A DNA stretch of 63,702 nucleotides, the filler included, from Choristocarpus tenellus KU-1152 (lineage: Eukaryota > Protista > Phaeophyceae): assembly GCA_964200185.2 (NCBI GenBank). It is 13 parts of 13 records of this genome, joined end to end, with 100 filler letters (N's around TTAATTAATTAA, not from the genome) between each part and the next. Parts side by side here need not be neighbours in the genome. Positions count along the whole stretch, not along the records: positions 1 to 7,772 come from CAXNAD020005603.1; positions 7,873 to 11,226 come from CAXNAD020020589.1; positions 11,327 to 19,861 come from CAXNAD020004609.1; 10 more parts are not named here. One strand, written 5' to 3'. Positions 1-11,528 of this stretch are shown here, one piece after another. How positions within the stretch are numbered: the first letter of the stretch is position 1; the number at the start of each line of letters is the position of its first letter. Below the pieces are notes generated by a model. It ran no database searches. It worked only from the letters and a program-made list of their open reading frames with translations, and was not told the DNA's origin. A program made the position numbers and the translations under genes.

Positions 1-84
1 CCTCCCTACCACCGCTCGTACAAACCACAAAATAGCACTCTAATCAATATTTATCAGCAGTACCATGAAGATCCCCCCCCCCCC

Positions 85-1361
85 TTGGTCTGTGGCTTTG
101 CCCCATCTTGCTGCGCGAAGATGGTTTGTCCTTTCAGCCTAGGCATGTGGGCCTTGATTGCCAGGGTTGACATCCTCGATCATGAGCTTCTTATACCTCT
201 CCCTGTCCACCATGGCTGGCACAGGCACCTTGGTGCCTTTGGGGCAATGTTTGCCGGAGCACTGAGCGACCCTGGTGTCCACGATCAGTCAGATGTCGAT
301 TTTCCCATCAAACCACACCCCATTGGAGAGCAAGTGAAAGTATCTTCGAGGATATGAGTTTTGCCCTGTTTAGGCTTTTGGGGCTTGACTTCCCGTGTTT
401 TCTTAAAATGACATTTTCCCACCCTGAAATGTTTCGGAGTAGGTCAAAATGTATTCGTTATGAAAAAGTATGTCCGGAACAAAGATAAGGACACTTCCCA
501 ACAAATGTGATACCCCAAATTACATCAAAATCACATTAGATTTTTACCCCCAAACGGACGCGGCTCTACCATCGAAGATACTTTGAATCAGGTTCCTAGG
601 ACAGGTCACAACTGTGGGGCTTAAGAGGGGTCCTCAGTGCGGTGCAGGTACACACACACCTTGCCCATCTTTGAGGATGTAAAACCATACTTCTCATCCA
701 CACACACAGAGATTGTCCACTAATACCTCGAATCCCCCCCTCCTGTGCGTGTAGCTGATGAATAAAATTACCCTGTTGACTTCTGCTACTCTTAGGGTAC
801 TGGCATAATCCACCACTACTTGACCTTCATCTTCTCACGCTTGCATAGGTCCCACAATAAGGCAAGGGAGACCCCAGCTTTGACCGCCTATATGCGGAAA
901 GATGTGCGGTGTATCGATGGGACATCCCAAATATCTAGGATACTTGTATGGCAGTCACATCGCCCCTTGGAACGCCATACAAGGACCATGCATTCACCCC
1001 GTGCAATCTAGCTGTCATTTGACAGAACATGGTGATTCGGGAAATCCCACTTCTGGGCCAAAGAATTGAGACCGACAGGTGACGAAAGAATGAGTGAGTT
1101 GCTTGAACGAGTGAAGGCCTCCATCCTAAGCATCCCAATGCCCAGTTTGACAGTTTCATCAAGTTTTTCGACGCTGTCAAATGCTATTTGGTCGACTTTG
1201 CACCAATGATCCTTCACAGTCATGACAATCAACCATCTCAAACTTTACACGCCTCCCAATCTATACGAGAACTAAGCCTCATCGTGAGGATTGATCACAA
1301 TGGTCATTCCCGGGCGAGAACGGAGCCTGCAAAAGTTATGTTTAATTCCGAATGGAGGAAG
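85..1361 (-). mobile_element. Decayed Tc1/mariner (plant/oomycete-type) transposon copy, interrupted by a MITE
   Basis: Colinear with the copy at 26686-28397. Minus-strand GKIDI/QQDGAKP-type motifs are present. Ends in a Stowaway-like TIR ...TTCCGAATGGAGGAAG|TA at 1361. Confidence 0.8.
332..589. mobile_element. MITE family A (~260 bp, TIR GAGTSAAAGTATCTTAGAGGGTA)
   Basis: TIRs AAGTGAAAGTATCTTCGAGG and ATCGAAGATACTTTGAATC. It interrupts the mariner sequence; the empty site is visible at ~27495 (TTGGAGAGGTTCC). Confidence 0.85.
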
Positions 1362-1442
1362 TAGAATAATTGCTTACAAGTCACGTGGACCATGTCCATA
1401 ACCTACGCTTGACACACTACCATCAACCATCCAGCAGCACTT

Positions 1443-1508
1443 GTAGTATTAGTATTAGTAGTAGTAGTAGTAGTATTCCTCACCATATATATATATATAT
1501 ATGTATAT
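1443..1508. repeat. (TAG)n and (TA)n microsatellites
   Basis: Directly visible tandem repeats. Confidence 0.8.
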
Positions 1509-2284
1509 GGTGCCCTATACACGTGTAACTATAAATTGCTCACTCTATTCATCAGTCTTTGACACCAAGAAGAGCATGTAACACATACATCTGTATCCAC
1601 ATGGGGTTCAGTTAACCAAACAGGTAGAGCTTGTACCTATCCATCACCCGAAACACAGATCATTCTGTAATGTCATCTACACAAACCACCACCCTAGGCA
1701 GCAATTGGACCCTATACAAAGGAGCTTTCGTGGTCTGTCATGCTATCAGAACCAATACTACCATGTGGGGGAAGTTAAAACAGCACAAACACTGAAAAAA
1801 TAGTAGAAGGAAACTTTGTATGGAGGCGAAAATTATATCCAGATTCTCTATCCACAAATATAATCATGTGACATCGCCCAGCTCAACCAACCTTGCCTTG
1901 TAGTTTAAATGTCGAAATGTTTCTTTGACAAAGACATGGAGGAAGGTCATCATCAGTCGACACAAGCCACCTCTACCTGACCTACTCAACAACAGGATTA
2001 AATTTGGCAACCTAACCCCAAAAAAAGAAGGTACCATGTCAAACATATTTCGCCTCATACATTACTAGGCCTCAAATAAACCCCAAATCGAAGTGCATGT
2101 CAGAGGAAGAAAAATTAACTTCTGGAGATGTAGCTGTTAATGCATTGCTACAATTGCATACTATCAATGCATAGTTTATCCATGATGAAATTTACAACAC
2201 GCAGTCAACCTAGTATTCATAGCTCTCTCTGCATACACACAAATGCTACAATACTATTTTAGGAATACTTGGGACAGCCTTTAT

Positions 2285-4216
2285 CTACTTCTGGGCCAAT
2301 GCTTCAGCCCCACTGGCACCTCCAACTGACATCCCACGGACACCCACAGTATCCTGCCCTCCCCCCTCTATCTCTTCTTCTTCCAACCAAGTCGTGACTT
2401 GAGCCCAGATAGCGGTTCTTGCCTTAACAACTTCAGGAGAGTCATCTGACTTCGAGGGGTGAGTCCAGAAGTGGTGTGAAGCGCCTGGCAAAGAAAAGAT
2501 GAGAGTTTAGGAACAAGGTTAGGATCAAGGTTCAGAGATCATCAACGTAGATGGGCACCTAAAAATTGGTTTGCTTGAACATCAATCAGGATGATAATCG
2601 GGAGCATGTTCTGAGGGCAATGGTCAGTTATTCTTCTGCAGCTTTTGAAATCAGTTCAAGTGGGTGAGTGCGTAGGCCAGGGAGAAAGAAACCATCATGG
2701 AAACGACCTCATTATAACAACAGTCATTACCTGATTAGGCTGAACAAAACCCATTGACCTACAAGTTAAATAACCAATCTTGTCTTCAAAACCTCTTCTA
2801 ATTTTGCTAATGGATAAGTTGCCAAAAAGTTAAAGAAATTGGTTCTAGCAAGATCATCTTCAACAACATCCTATTCACAAACCCCTGTGCGGAAAAGATG
2901 AAATAGAAACTCAATATATATCGCAAGGGTAGAATCCATTCTCAAAAAAGAACAGAAAAATGAACATTAAGAAAAAACACCAAGTCACGGAACATTTTAA
3001 AACTCTGTGGAAAAATTAGTTTAAGAGATCCCATCATTTTTGAAGCGTGCGATCTTAACAGTAACCCCTAAACCATTCGACAAAATTGTTGTAGAGAAAA
3101 ACCTGCTAAACCCCTTTACTATGAGATAGACCGACAACTGAATGTTCTCATTTTGGTGACAACGTTGTTATTATCCGCAAGTTTTGCTTTTACAATGGTA
3201 CCTGACTAACCTCATCCAACTATTGTTCATGCATTAGAGCAAGCCAGCAAGGTACACATATCTCCGAACCCATTGGTGCAAGGCACATAATACTACATAT
3301 GTTGGACATCAAGAGTGCATGGCCTCAATGTAGGCAGGTACAAGTTATATAAGACCCCTCCTTGAATCAAACAACTTACAAGGAAATGGGGGTATACCTT
3401 CTGCACTACACATGGTTGCAACTGTTCATACAAAAATCACATAACCTTGCATCACAACAAAGCGTATGTATTTCGTTTTTTCCTTAAATGGTGTACTTTT
3501 GAATCAGATTATATACTGTACAACATAGTCTACCATATTCCACACTGCTATAGTACTATACACTACCACGTGTTCTCAATGTATCGCACCCACTCTACTA
3601 TCTCACAATGCCAATGTCTCTAGAGGTGAGAACTCAATATTTAATTTGATCGTCAACTGTTATTCTTACCCTTCACGTAAAGGACAGGAAGGCCAGGCAT
3701 GGGTTCCTTCAGCACTCCCAGGGCATGCCAAGGGTCGATATCACCATTAGGAAATATCACGCGAGAGCCCCTGATATGGTCAGTATGGTTGTGAACAAAA
3801 GGGGTCGGTCAGTGGTGACGGGGGAGCAGTATCTAGTGAAATGGCACCCTTAAAAACAAATCGTTAACTGATCCATCTGCTCCCAACAATATTATTCACT
3901 TTCTTTGCGGAGCAAGATCGGAATGACCCTAACCCTAGAGAGTAAGTATCCTACCATATACTGAATTGTTGAAGAAAGAAAATGACGTGTGATATACCCT
4001 GCAACCAGGTGGTACCATACGTATGTTCTAACTACCCTCCGTAGCAGCACCCGTTGGCCTCATTGTCAACTCAGACCCACACAGACCACTGTGCTGCTGG
4101 GCAACACAGTTCTACCTATGAAGAAAGAACAGTCCAACACACTCCACACCACATCATACTGACAGGTGACACTATCCCAGAAAACAGGAATAGATGTTTT
4201 CTATCAACATGTACAA

Positions 4217-4249
<33 letters not shown>

Positions 4250-6850
4250 TTGTGTTGTCCCAGAGATTGGAGTAGATATCCGTATCTTGACTTGCCTGGG
4301 GTTGATCCCCCCGTAATAGAGGTTGGTAAATTCAACCTGGGCCCGAACCTCATCTGGTGTGATTCCAAAGGCATCAACACACAGCTGAAGGTCCTTCTCT
4401 AGTGTGTGAAGTCCCTGTGTGAAGGGACATTTCGTACCCACCTCACAGGTCTGGGCGGTACATAGAACAGATACGGAAAAGATGGTAAGTTTTTATTTAG
4501 TTCTTTTTTTAAAAAGAACACAAAAAAAAGATGTTTAAAAAAGTACATAAATACTCTGAGTCAAAGTAAAGGAAGGAGAGGTACCCAGGGTTGAACTTTT
4601 TCAACATTCTCAACTAAAATTTAGCACACCATCCATCCGTAGTATTATTTATGGATGAATCGTAAGAGATTGAAAAACTGGCTTACAATGCAAAACAGCC
4701 GAAAACTGGTACCTCTCTGAGTAAGTTGATGTCGCCGGAGGAGGGCAGGAGACTAAAGATCATAGGCACATCACACAAAACAAACTATCATTTTATAAAC
4801 TACAATGTAGTCAAAGACTTCCTCATCGGTGCTCCTGTGTCCTCTACCCCTTTCCATCAAACCTTGCATGGGTAAACACAGCTTGCTCAAAACAAATGTC
4901 AAACACGTAACCACTCTGATTTATACACCACAGCCACTCATCTACACTCTCATGGTCTTACTACACAATTCCAAACCTTTTCAGCTTCAGAGTTTCGTAA
5001 CTATCACACAAACATATGCAATAGAACTAATGTTCAAAGACCGCACAAAAACACTCACAACACACTCACAACACACTCACAACACAATTCTTATCAAGAA
5101 AACACAACCCGTTCGACCAAGGTGACTCCAAGTCCCATTGAACTCCACCTGATAGAACCCAAACTCAGTGCAAGTCTGGTACAGCCATGCACGGTCTGGA
5201 TCAGTGGGATCCGTCACCCAGTCTCCCAAGGCTGCAGGTTTGACTGCCATTGCTGCTCCTCGGAGATGCCTCCTGGACACAGCGGAAGATGTGGGAGGGA
5301 AGACCTCGCATTTGTCGCCTTGACCCGACTCTGTTGACATGGATCGCTGCTGCTTTCGGAGTACTGCAAGCCTTTCCACCTATGCCAAAACAGTGGAGTT
5401 TATGGAATAAACATATTAGCAATTGACCAGGCTGATAGAGTCAAAGTATCTTGGAGGGTAGAGTCACGTCTGTTTGGGGGCCTAAATCCAATGCTGCAAT
5501 TTTGACTATCGTGTTTGTTAGAAAGTGTTAATATCCTTGTTCCGGACACACCTTTTCATAACATACACCTTTTACCTACTGACCCAAGGTACTTGGGGGG
5601 GGGGGCAGTCTACAGCAGGGGGTCCATTTGGACCAAAACCAGGAAAATTGCACTTATACTATCCATCCAACGTATGCAACTAAATCACCCAAAATAGCGA
5701 CATGAAAAAATTGACCCCAAATGGACAGCCGCTACACTCCCCAGATACTTTGAGCCACTCCGAAACATTTTGGAGTAGGTAAAATGTCAACAAAACATGT
5801 GAGAAGTCAAGCCCTGAATGGACAAACAGGGCAAAACAATGTACCCTCTAAGATATTTTACTCTTACAACTCTTGTACTGGGAGCAATAACACAACTCAC
5901 TAGAGATGGATATGGATAGATGGATTGCAAGCTACTCCTGAGGTTCCAGATAAACATTCAATTGTTCAAGGAGACACGCAGTAGGCCAACTATTGTTGCT
6001 GCAGAGCATAGAGTAGCTACGATAGTCAGGAAAGGATGTCAACTCAATCACAAAACTCAACTTTCATCTATGCCACCCTAACCCTAATCCTAAATTTGAC
6101 AAACAGCTACCTTGGTCTTTGTATATTCATAACCCTTGCATGTTAGCCCCCGTAACCACCCTTCAAAATATGGAAGTCCTTAACCCTTCCTCTGGTACAC
6201 ACCAAATCCATGTTTTTCGCCTCCCAACTCTTCAGCCACCCACAACTATCCTGTTGTGCAATTATGGAAACAACGGTCCTTCACACACATGGGAAATTTC
6301 GATGCCCCTCCGCCTTGAACTCTAAAAGAAAGGTGCCAATCCAATAAAACATTATTGAGGCTTTTGCTAGTTCGTCTTTACCAACAACTAGAGTAGTCTT
6401 GACCATTGCAGAACCCTGAAATGATCCCATGTACTGAATGAAATATTCACATCAATCACAAAATAACATCAATCAGTTATTACAACCCTCCATATTTAAC
6501 TTTCACCCCACCAATTCGCTCAGGAATAACTCCTCCACTTAACAAACCAGCATGTGTGTTGGCCTATACAGTGCCCCCCCTTCTGTGGCATGGAAGCTCA
6601 ACCCTGTCTAAAATAGTACCCAACCTACGGTTGACCCATGTATATTCTTAAGCAATGTCGCCTCAACCAACTCACATTTGAGCCTAGAGAGGCGTCTGTC
6701 ATTACAGCACACACTTTTTGTATGTTACACAACTCCTCTTGGCAGGCAGGGTCGTTCTCTTGGATGGGAAGGGAAATGACACCGTCTCCTGCAAACAATA
6801 CTTGGGCGGAAGGGTCCTCCAGTGATTGGCTGTTGCACAGGTCAAACATG
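2285..6850 (-). CDS. Serine carboxypeptidase, peptidase family S28 (PRCP/PRSS16-like), 3' exons only
   Basis: Phase-consistent exons 6850-6676, 5379-5149, 4450-4296, 3770-3670, 2484-2285. They give FDLC...QENDPAC, RAWLYQTCTEFGFYQTC, TNLYYGG, SRVIFPNGDIDPWHALG (catalytic Asp) and GASHHFW (catalytic His). No 5' exons were found before the gap. Confidence 0.93.
4558..4732. mobile_element. Degenerate MITE of the GAGTCAAAG group (family C-like), intronic
   Basis: Starts GAGTCAAAGTAAAGGAAGGAGAGGTACC with inverted GGTACCTCTCT near 4708-4718; resembles 47744-48013. Confidence 0.5.
5438..5863. mobile_element. MITE family A (reverse orientation) containing a nested family B MITE
   Basis: GAGTCAAAGTATCTTGGAGGGTA ... 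TACCCTCTAAGATATTTTACTC; the two halves are separated by 5581-5756. Confidence 0.85.
5581..5756. mobile_element. MITE family B (TIR GGGTCAAAGTATCT-polyG)
   Basis: GACCCAAGGTACTTGGGGG... to CCCCAGATACTTTGAGCC, flanked by ACT/ACT. The same body occurs at 7633, 19760, 29179 and 45352. Confidence 0.8.
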
Positions 6851-6870
6851 CTGATGATCGAAGGGGGGGA

Positions 6871-7052
6871 GGGTTAGAGTGAAGCAATGTTAGAGTCAGG
6901 GTTAGGGTTAGAGTGAAGCAATGTTAGAGTCAGGGTTAGGGTTATAGAGTGAAGCAATGTTAGAGTCAGGGTTAGGGTTAGAGTGAAGCAATGTTAGAGT
7001 CAGGGAGGGTTAGAGTGAAGCAATGTTAGAGTCAGGGCGAACAGTGAAGCAA
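6871..7052. repeat. ~34-bp minisatellite built on telomere-like GGGTTA hexamers
   Basis: About five copies of GGGTTAGAGTGAAGCAATGTTAGAGTCAGGGTTA, with no unique spacers. Confidence 0.92.
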
Positions 7053-7632
7053 TATAAAGAGCAATGATGAGAATCAGAGGGAAGAACTCAAATGATACAA
7101 GAGTAGTGCATATGTTAACAATTAACTTACTATTGCTACAAAAAACAAAATACAAAATACAAAACATAGCTTATTCTTGGTTTAAATTATTTCAAGACAT
7201 AAGTCGGACCCCTCCAGAAGTAGTCTGGCCTGCTCCAGGCATACATGCCTGAGCCAAAGCGACATGGGAAGCGAGCTCGTGGTCTTTGCTTGCAAGTGTC
7301 AGGGAGTCAACAGCAGTGAACAGCAGTGAACATAAGAGTAAGTGCATCTTCGTCCTGTTTGCTTGGTGCACCTTGTTCATTCTCTGCATGGCAATACAAC
7401 TACAACAAAGGTTTCTCACCTCCCATGCCACCACACACAAACACAAACACAAACTCACACTGCCACACTATCTCATTTCTAATACCCATAAATTATTTCC
7501 CCAAAATGGACATCGTAAGGCTTCAAGATGTCATTCAAGATGTCAGATTCTATCTGGTCGTGTTTTTGCCACTGGTTGCGGATTGTGTGCCAGAGTTTCA
7601 TGAGGGGTCTCCTAAGGTATCTAGGCGGGTGA

Positions 7633-7772
7633 GGCTCAAAGTATCTGGGGGGGGGGTGGCGGCTGTCCATTTGGGGTCAATTTTGCCATGTCGCAATTTT
7701 TGTGTGATTTGGTTGCATACGTTGGATGGGTAATGTAAATGCACTTTTCCTGATTTTGACCCAAATGGACAC
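7633..7772. mobile_element. MITE family B, truncated by the gap
   Basis: GGCTCAAAGTATCTGGGGGGG...; the body is the reverse complement of 5620-5756. Confidence 0.8.
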
Positions 7773-7872
7773 NNNNNNNNNNNNNNNNNNNNNNNNNNNN
7801 NNNNNNNNNNNNNNNNTTAATTAATTAANNNNNNNNNNNNNNNNNNNNNNNNNNNNNNNNNNNNNNNNNNNN
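7773..7872. other. Artificial 100-bp contig linker (N-TTAATTAATTAA-N; stops in all six frames)
   Basis: The identical linker is at 7773, 11227, 19862, 23728, 29374, 32299, 35407, 38218, 45223, 49127, 57741 and 60470. Confidence 0.97.
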
Positions 7873-7927
<55 letters not shown>

Positions 7928-9047
7928 GCACTGGGGCGTCCAAATGGGCCCTCCTATATGTACTGGAAATGGTATGAATATGTTGTGAAAAACGCATAAA
8001 TGGAGTGCCAGGTTGGTCTTTTTTGGGTGGAATATTGCATAGTCTGCATCTAGTGTATGTACTTGGAGCTTCGGATGTTCGAAAAGTGTCCTTTTTGGAG
8101 GTCGATTTATCTGGTGGGGTGTTTGTGTGGTTAGTATATTGTGGAGTGTGGATTGGGTTGGATCATCTCGCGTGGCTTCATCGCATTACTGGAGTGGGAT
8201 TAGTGCTATTTGAGATGGGTATTTAGGGATTGCCATTTCCAGCATAAAGCGATATGTGATTGTCAATTGATGGAGAGGGCCTCGTGAAATGGTGAGGGGT
8301 AAGAAGGGATAAGGAATTTGTGTGGACTCCATGTAAGTTGAGGGTGTGCAAGGGGATGAATTTTTTCGACGGGATTAATTGCATGATGTTAGTGTATTTT
8401 GGAGGTATGTCAATTATGTCCTTTGTGGAGGGGGGGCATGTGATATCACAGTGTAACAAGCGTGTTATACGGGAGAGGGGAATGTGCGATGTTGATTGTT
8501 ATCTCCGTCTGTTAAGGGTGTAAGGAGGAACGCCGCATATAGAAGACTACACTTTAGAAGGGGGGTGTGCAACGAATTCTTTTCTGTAGTGATGTGTATT
8601 ATTATTTGCGATGTGAGAATATATGCTTTTCTAGCAAACACACAGAGAACTAAATGATTTTTTCAATGTAAAAACTCTTTACATATACATTTCTAACTAC
8701 AACACACCATGTAATATATACCAGTAGTCGTAAGGAATGTAATTGACCAAGAAACAGGTTTGGAACCGTCTAGAGGTAAAAACCAACACAAAATCAAAAG
8801 GTGGGGCTGTACACGTACGCCTAAAAAAGGAAGGAGATATAGACATTACACCCTTGTGTAATTGAAATGGAAGAAATGACCCCTGCCTCGATAACACACG
8901 TCCGACCTCAACTATGATGTGGACAGGATGTCCAACCGGAGGCATGATGTCTCCCATTAGATGAGGGGAGGGAGTGACAGACGACCGCGAATTTCGAAAA
9001 GATGGTAGCGCGTCGGACTCGTTGCAATCCTCCGTTCCATATCGCGG

Positions 9048-11226
9048 TCATGTGGGAAAGGTCCAGAACCAGGATCCCGGCTCCGCGTTGGGCTCCGTGC
9101 TGTATAGTTGTTGAAGAAGATTGATATTTCGCACCTCGCCATTCTCCCATTTGACCTCATAGGGGTAGCTGAGTTGCTCCTCTCCCTCTGGCTCGGTATG
9201 ACGGGGCTGGTACTTGGTGACGGTCCCTCACATCCACTGCTCGTCCATCCAAAAGTACATTCCCCTGCCCTTAGCTCTAGAATGAAGTGTCCCTTCCCCG
9301 TCCAAAACTGGCACAATCCTCAATGATGGTTCGAGGAGGATGTATGTCCCGGTATCCTTCTCTCTACGGTTTGCCTGTAGAGTCATCCGCTCCTTGCGTT
9401 TGTTGGCGCGCTGGGCTGCAGTCTTATCGTGGTCCCTTTTCTCCTTCTCCTTTAGTTGTTCGACCCCGTCCTTGATCTCGTCCTCTGTCAAGAATGACTT
9501 CAGCTTGGGTGGCAAGGAGGTGTCATCATATTGACCCTCGTAATGCATAAAGTAGGTACATGCCCTGGAATCGTCTATGTCAACGTCGCGGACTTGCCCC
9601 CAGATGATATCATCTCCACTCCTGCACAGGACGAAGGGGGTGCCTCGGCTGAACTAGGCATTGGAAGTGTCTCCACGTCTGCGTTGTCTCGAGAAGCGAA
9701 CTGGGATCCCGTCGAGGGATTGCCGATTGGATTCCACAGTGAATCTCTAGTATTGAGCGGGGAGGATGGTGTAGGTATCGCCTAGGTTGTTACGACGAAG
9801 GTGTGTGAAGTCAGACTCGACAATAGCCTGAAGGGGGACAACACGGGGACCCGGTTGATTGGTCTGCAGTTCGAGCACGTTATTTGTGTTGATGGTTTTG
9901 GGGTGGCGGGTTAGATCCTGAAGACTATCGTAGAGTAATATTTAGTTAGGAATCTCGGGGGCCTCACCCGATTCGCACGTGAGAGGCGAACTGTCGGCAC
10001 TCCATCAACGAAAGTGGCAGTCAACATCTTGAAGTCTTCCCTGACAAACACCACCTCATCACCAGCACTGAACACCCCTCCGTAGTTGGAATGGTCCCTG
10101 GAGTTCCATTTCACGGTCTCCTTCTTGTTTACGGTGAACGTCAGGAACTCCAACCCACCATATTCCGACGGCTCCGTCCGCACAATGCATAAATTCCCCA
10201 CTGCGAGCTGCCTCTTCTTCCTAGAGAGATGGTTCCTAAGGTAAATGTCACACACGTCGTCTTCGAGGGAAAATCCGAGGTGGATCTCCTTGAGTGCAGG
10301 CACGTGTGTGCCCTGCCACTTGCAGCCAGTGAGGTTGCCAATTGAACAGCTCGTGCAGTAGCACGACACCTCGGTATAGACGACCTTGGATGAGGTACCA
10401 TTTGCACTTGGACTGGTGATGAACCTGTGCATGGACTTTACGCCGCCGAACTGGGGGACGCGGTGGTCATGTCATCCCTTCTGATCGATTTTGTACGCCG
10501 GGAGGTGAACGATGTCCTGTCTCCTTATGGTATCAGGCTGCAGCAATTTCGCGAAGGTCTTTGAGTGTGCTCTTCCGTCACTGTCCACCCAATCCTAAGG
10601 AGTACAGTGTTGTCGTGTGTTTATTGAGAGGTTCGAACTTAGATGCACATACTCCTCACTTATGTTAAGCACGAGGATATCGATGTTGTGGAATGATCGC
10701 GAGAGAAAACAGTCTTGAATTATGGTGTTGTCGGATTTGTTTTTTGTCAATGGTGATATTTATGCGCAGACAGAGGGCATATTTTTGTTTCGTGTTTTTC
10801 GAATCCTTACAGGATGAAAGACACGCAGGGTTGGATGCTGGACAGAACGAATGTGTTGATACTCGTCGTGTGTGGTGGTGGGTTGTGGAAAGAGAAGTTT
10901 AATATGCAGTAAAGCTGTTGTCATTTGTGTTTATGTCCAGATTGTGAAGGTGGGTGCTTGTAACAGATAGTTGCTGGGGATTGAAGAGGTGCTGTACTTA
11001 GGAGGATGCCAGGGGGAAGTGCGAAAAAGTGTCGGATACCAAGAAATGACGATACTAATTGGAGGTTATAACGCATGTGGAATAAAAGGATGTGTACCAT
11101 ATGTGTGGATTGTGTGGGGGGGTATCTGACCTTGGTGACAACAGTCTGTCCTGGAGGAACCTTGCGGTCCCTACGGAGGCGCCCCTCTTCCTCTGGCGTT
11201 GGATCCCTCAGCGTGTATTCTGTCTT
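9048..11226 (-). pseudogene. C-terminal half of a spliced DNA transposase (Sola2-like) with a Cys cluster and two Tudor-like modules
   Basis: Exons 11226-11131, 10594-9968, 9917-9048 (GT-AG introns, phase 0) read in one frame: RRQDIVHLPAYKID...GVKSMHRF...EVSCYCTSCSIGNLTGC...WGQVRDVD..YFMHYEG..LTEDEI...KGRGMYFWMDEQW.GTV...YEVKWENGE...LY...GSWFW. In-frame stops at 10472, 9747, 9654 and 9228. The catalytic DDD region is absent (gap), so the superfamily is inferred from C-terminal motifs. Confidence 0.65.
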
Positions 11227-11472
11227 NNNNNNNNNNNNNNNNNNNNNNNNNNNNNNNNNNNNNNNNNNNNTTAATTAATTAANNNNNNNNNNNNNNNNNN
11301 NNNNNNNNNNNNNNNNNNNNNNNNNNTAATTTGACCCATTGATTAAAGTTAAGTGGGGCATGCAGCACCCCATAAAATCAGAAATATTTCCTTTTATATG
11401 AGAGTTTTTCTTATACAACTAATCACTAGTAAAAGGTTCTGATAACTCAACCACTAATTGATTGTTCTTTTA

Positions 11473-11528
11473 CTCCATGCATACTCTACCAGAACTGTTC
11501 GATAGAGTTGGAAGAGTCTAATCAAACT
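11473..11528 (+). mobile_element. Terminal fragment of a second mariner-like family
   Basis: TA|CTCCATGCATACTCTACCAGAACTGTTCGATAGAGTTGGAAGAGTCTAATC matches 60571-60625, which precedes a transposase ORF. Confidence 0.6.

Noticed and set aside
6871-7052. CRISPR-like array
   Set aside because: Units are head-to-tail with no unique spacers, the context is a eukaryotic intron, and there are no cas genes.
7817-7828. Recurring TTAATTAATTAA as a biological motif
   Set aside because: Always centred in an exact 100-bp N block; it is an assembly linker.
9048-10474. Stop-codon recoding or readthrough in the transposase-like frame
   Set aside because: Both TAG and TGA occur, and host genes here end normally in TAG/TGA; mutational decay is the simpler explanation.
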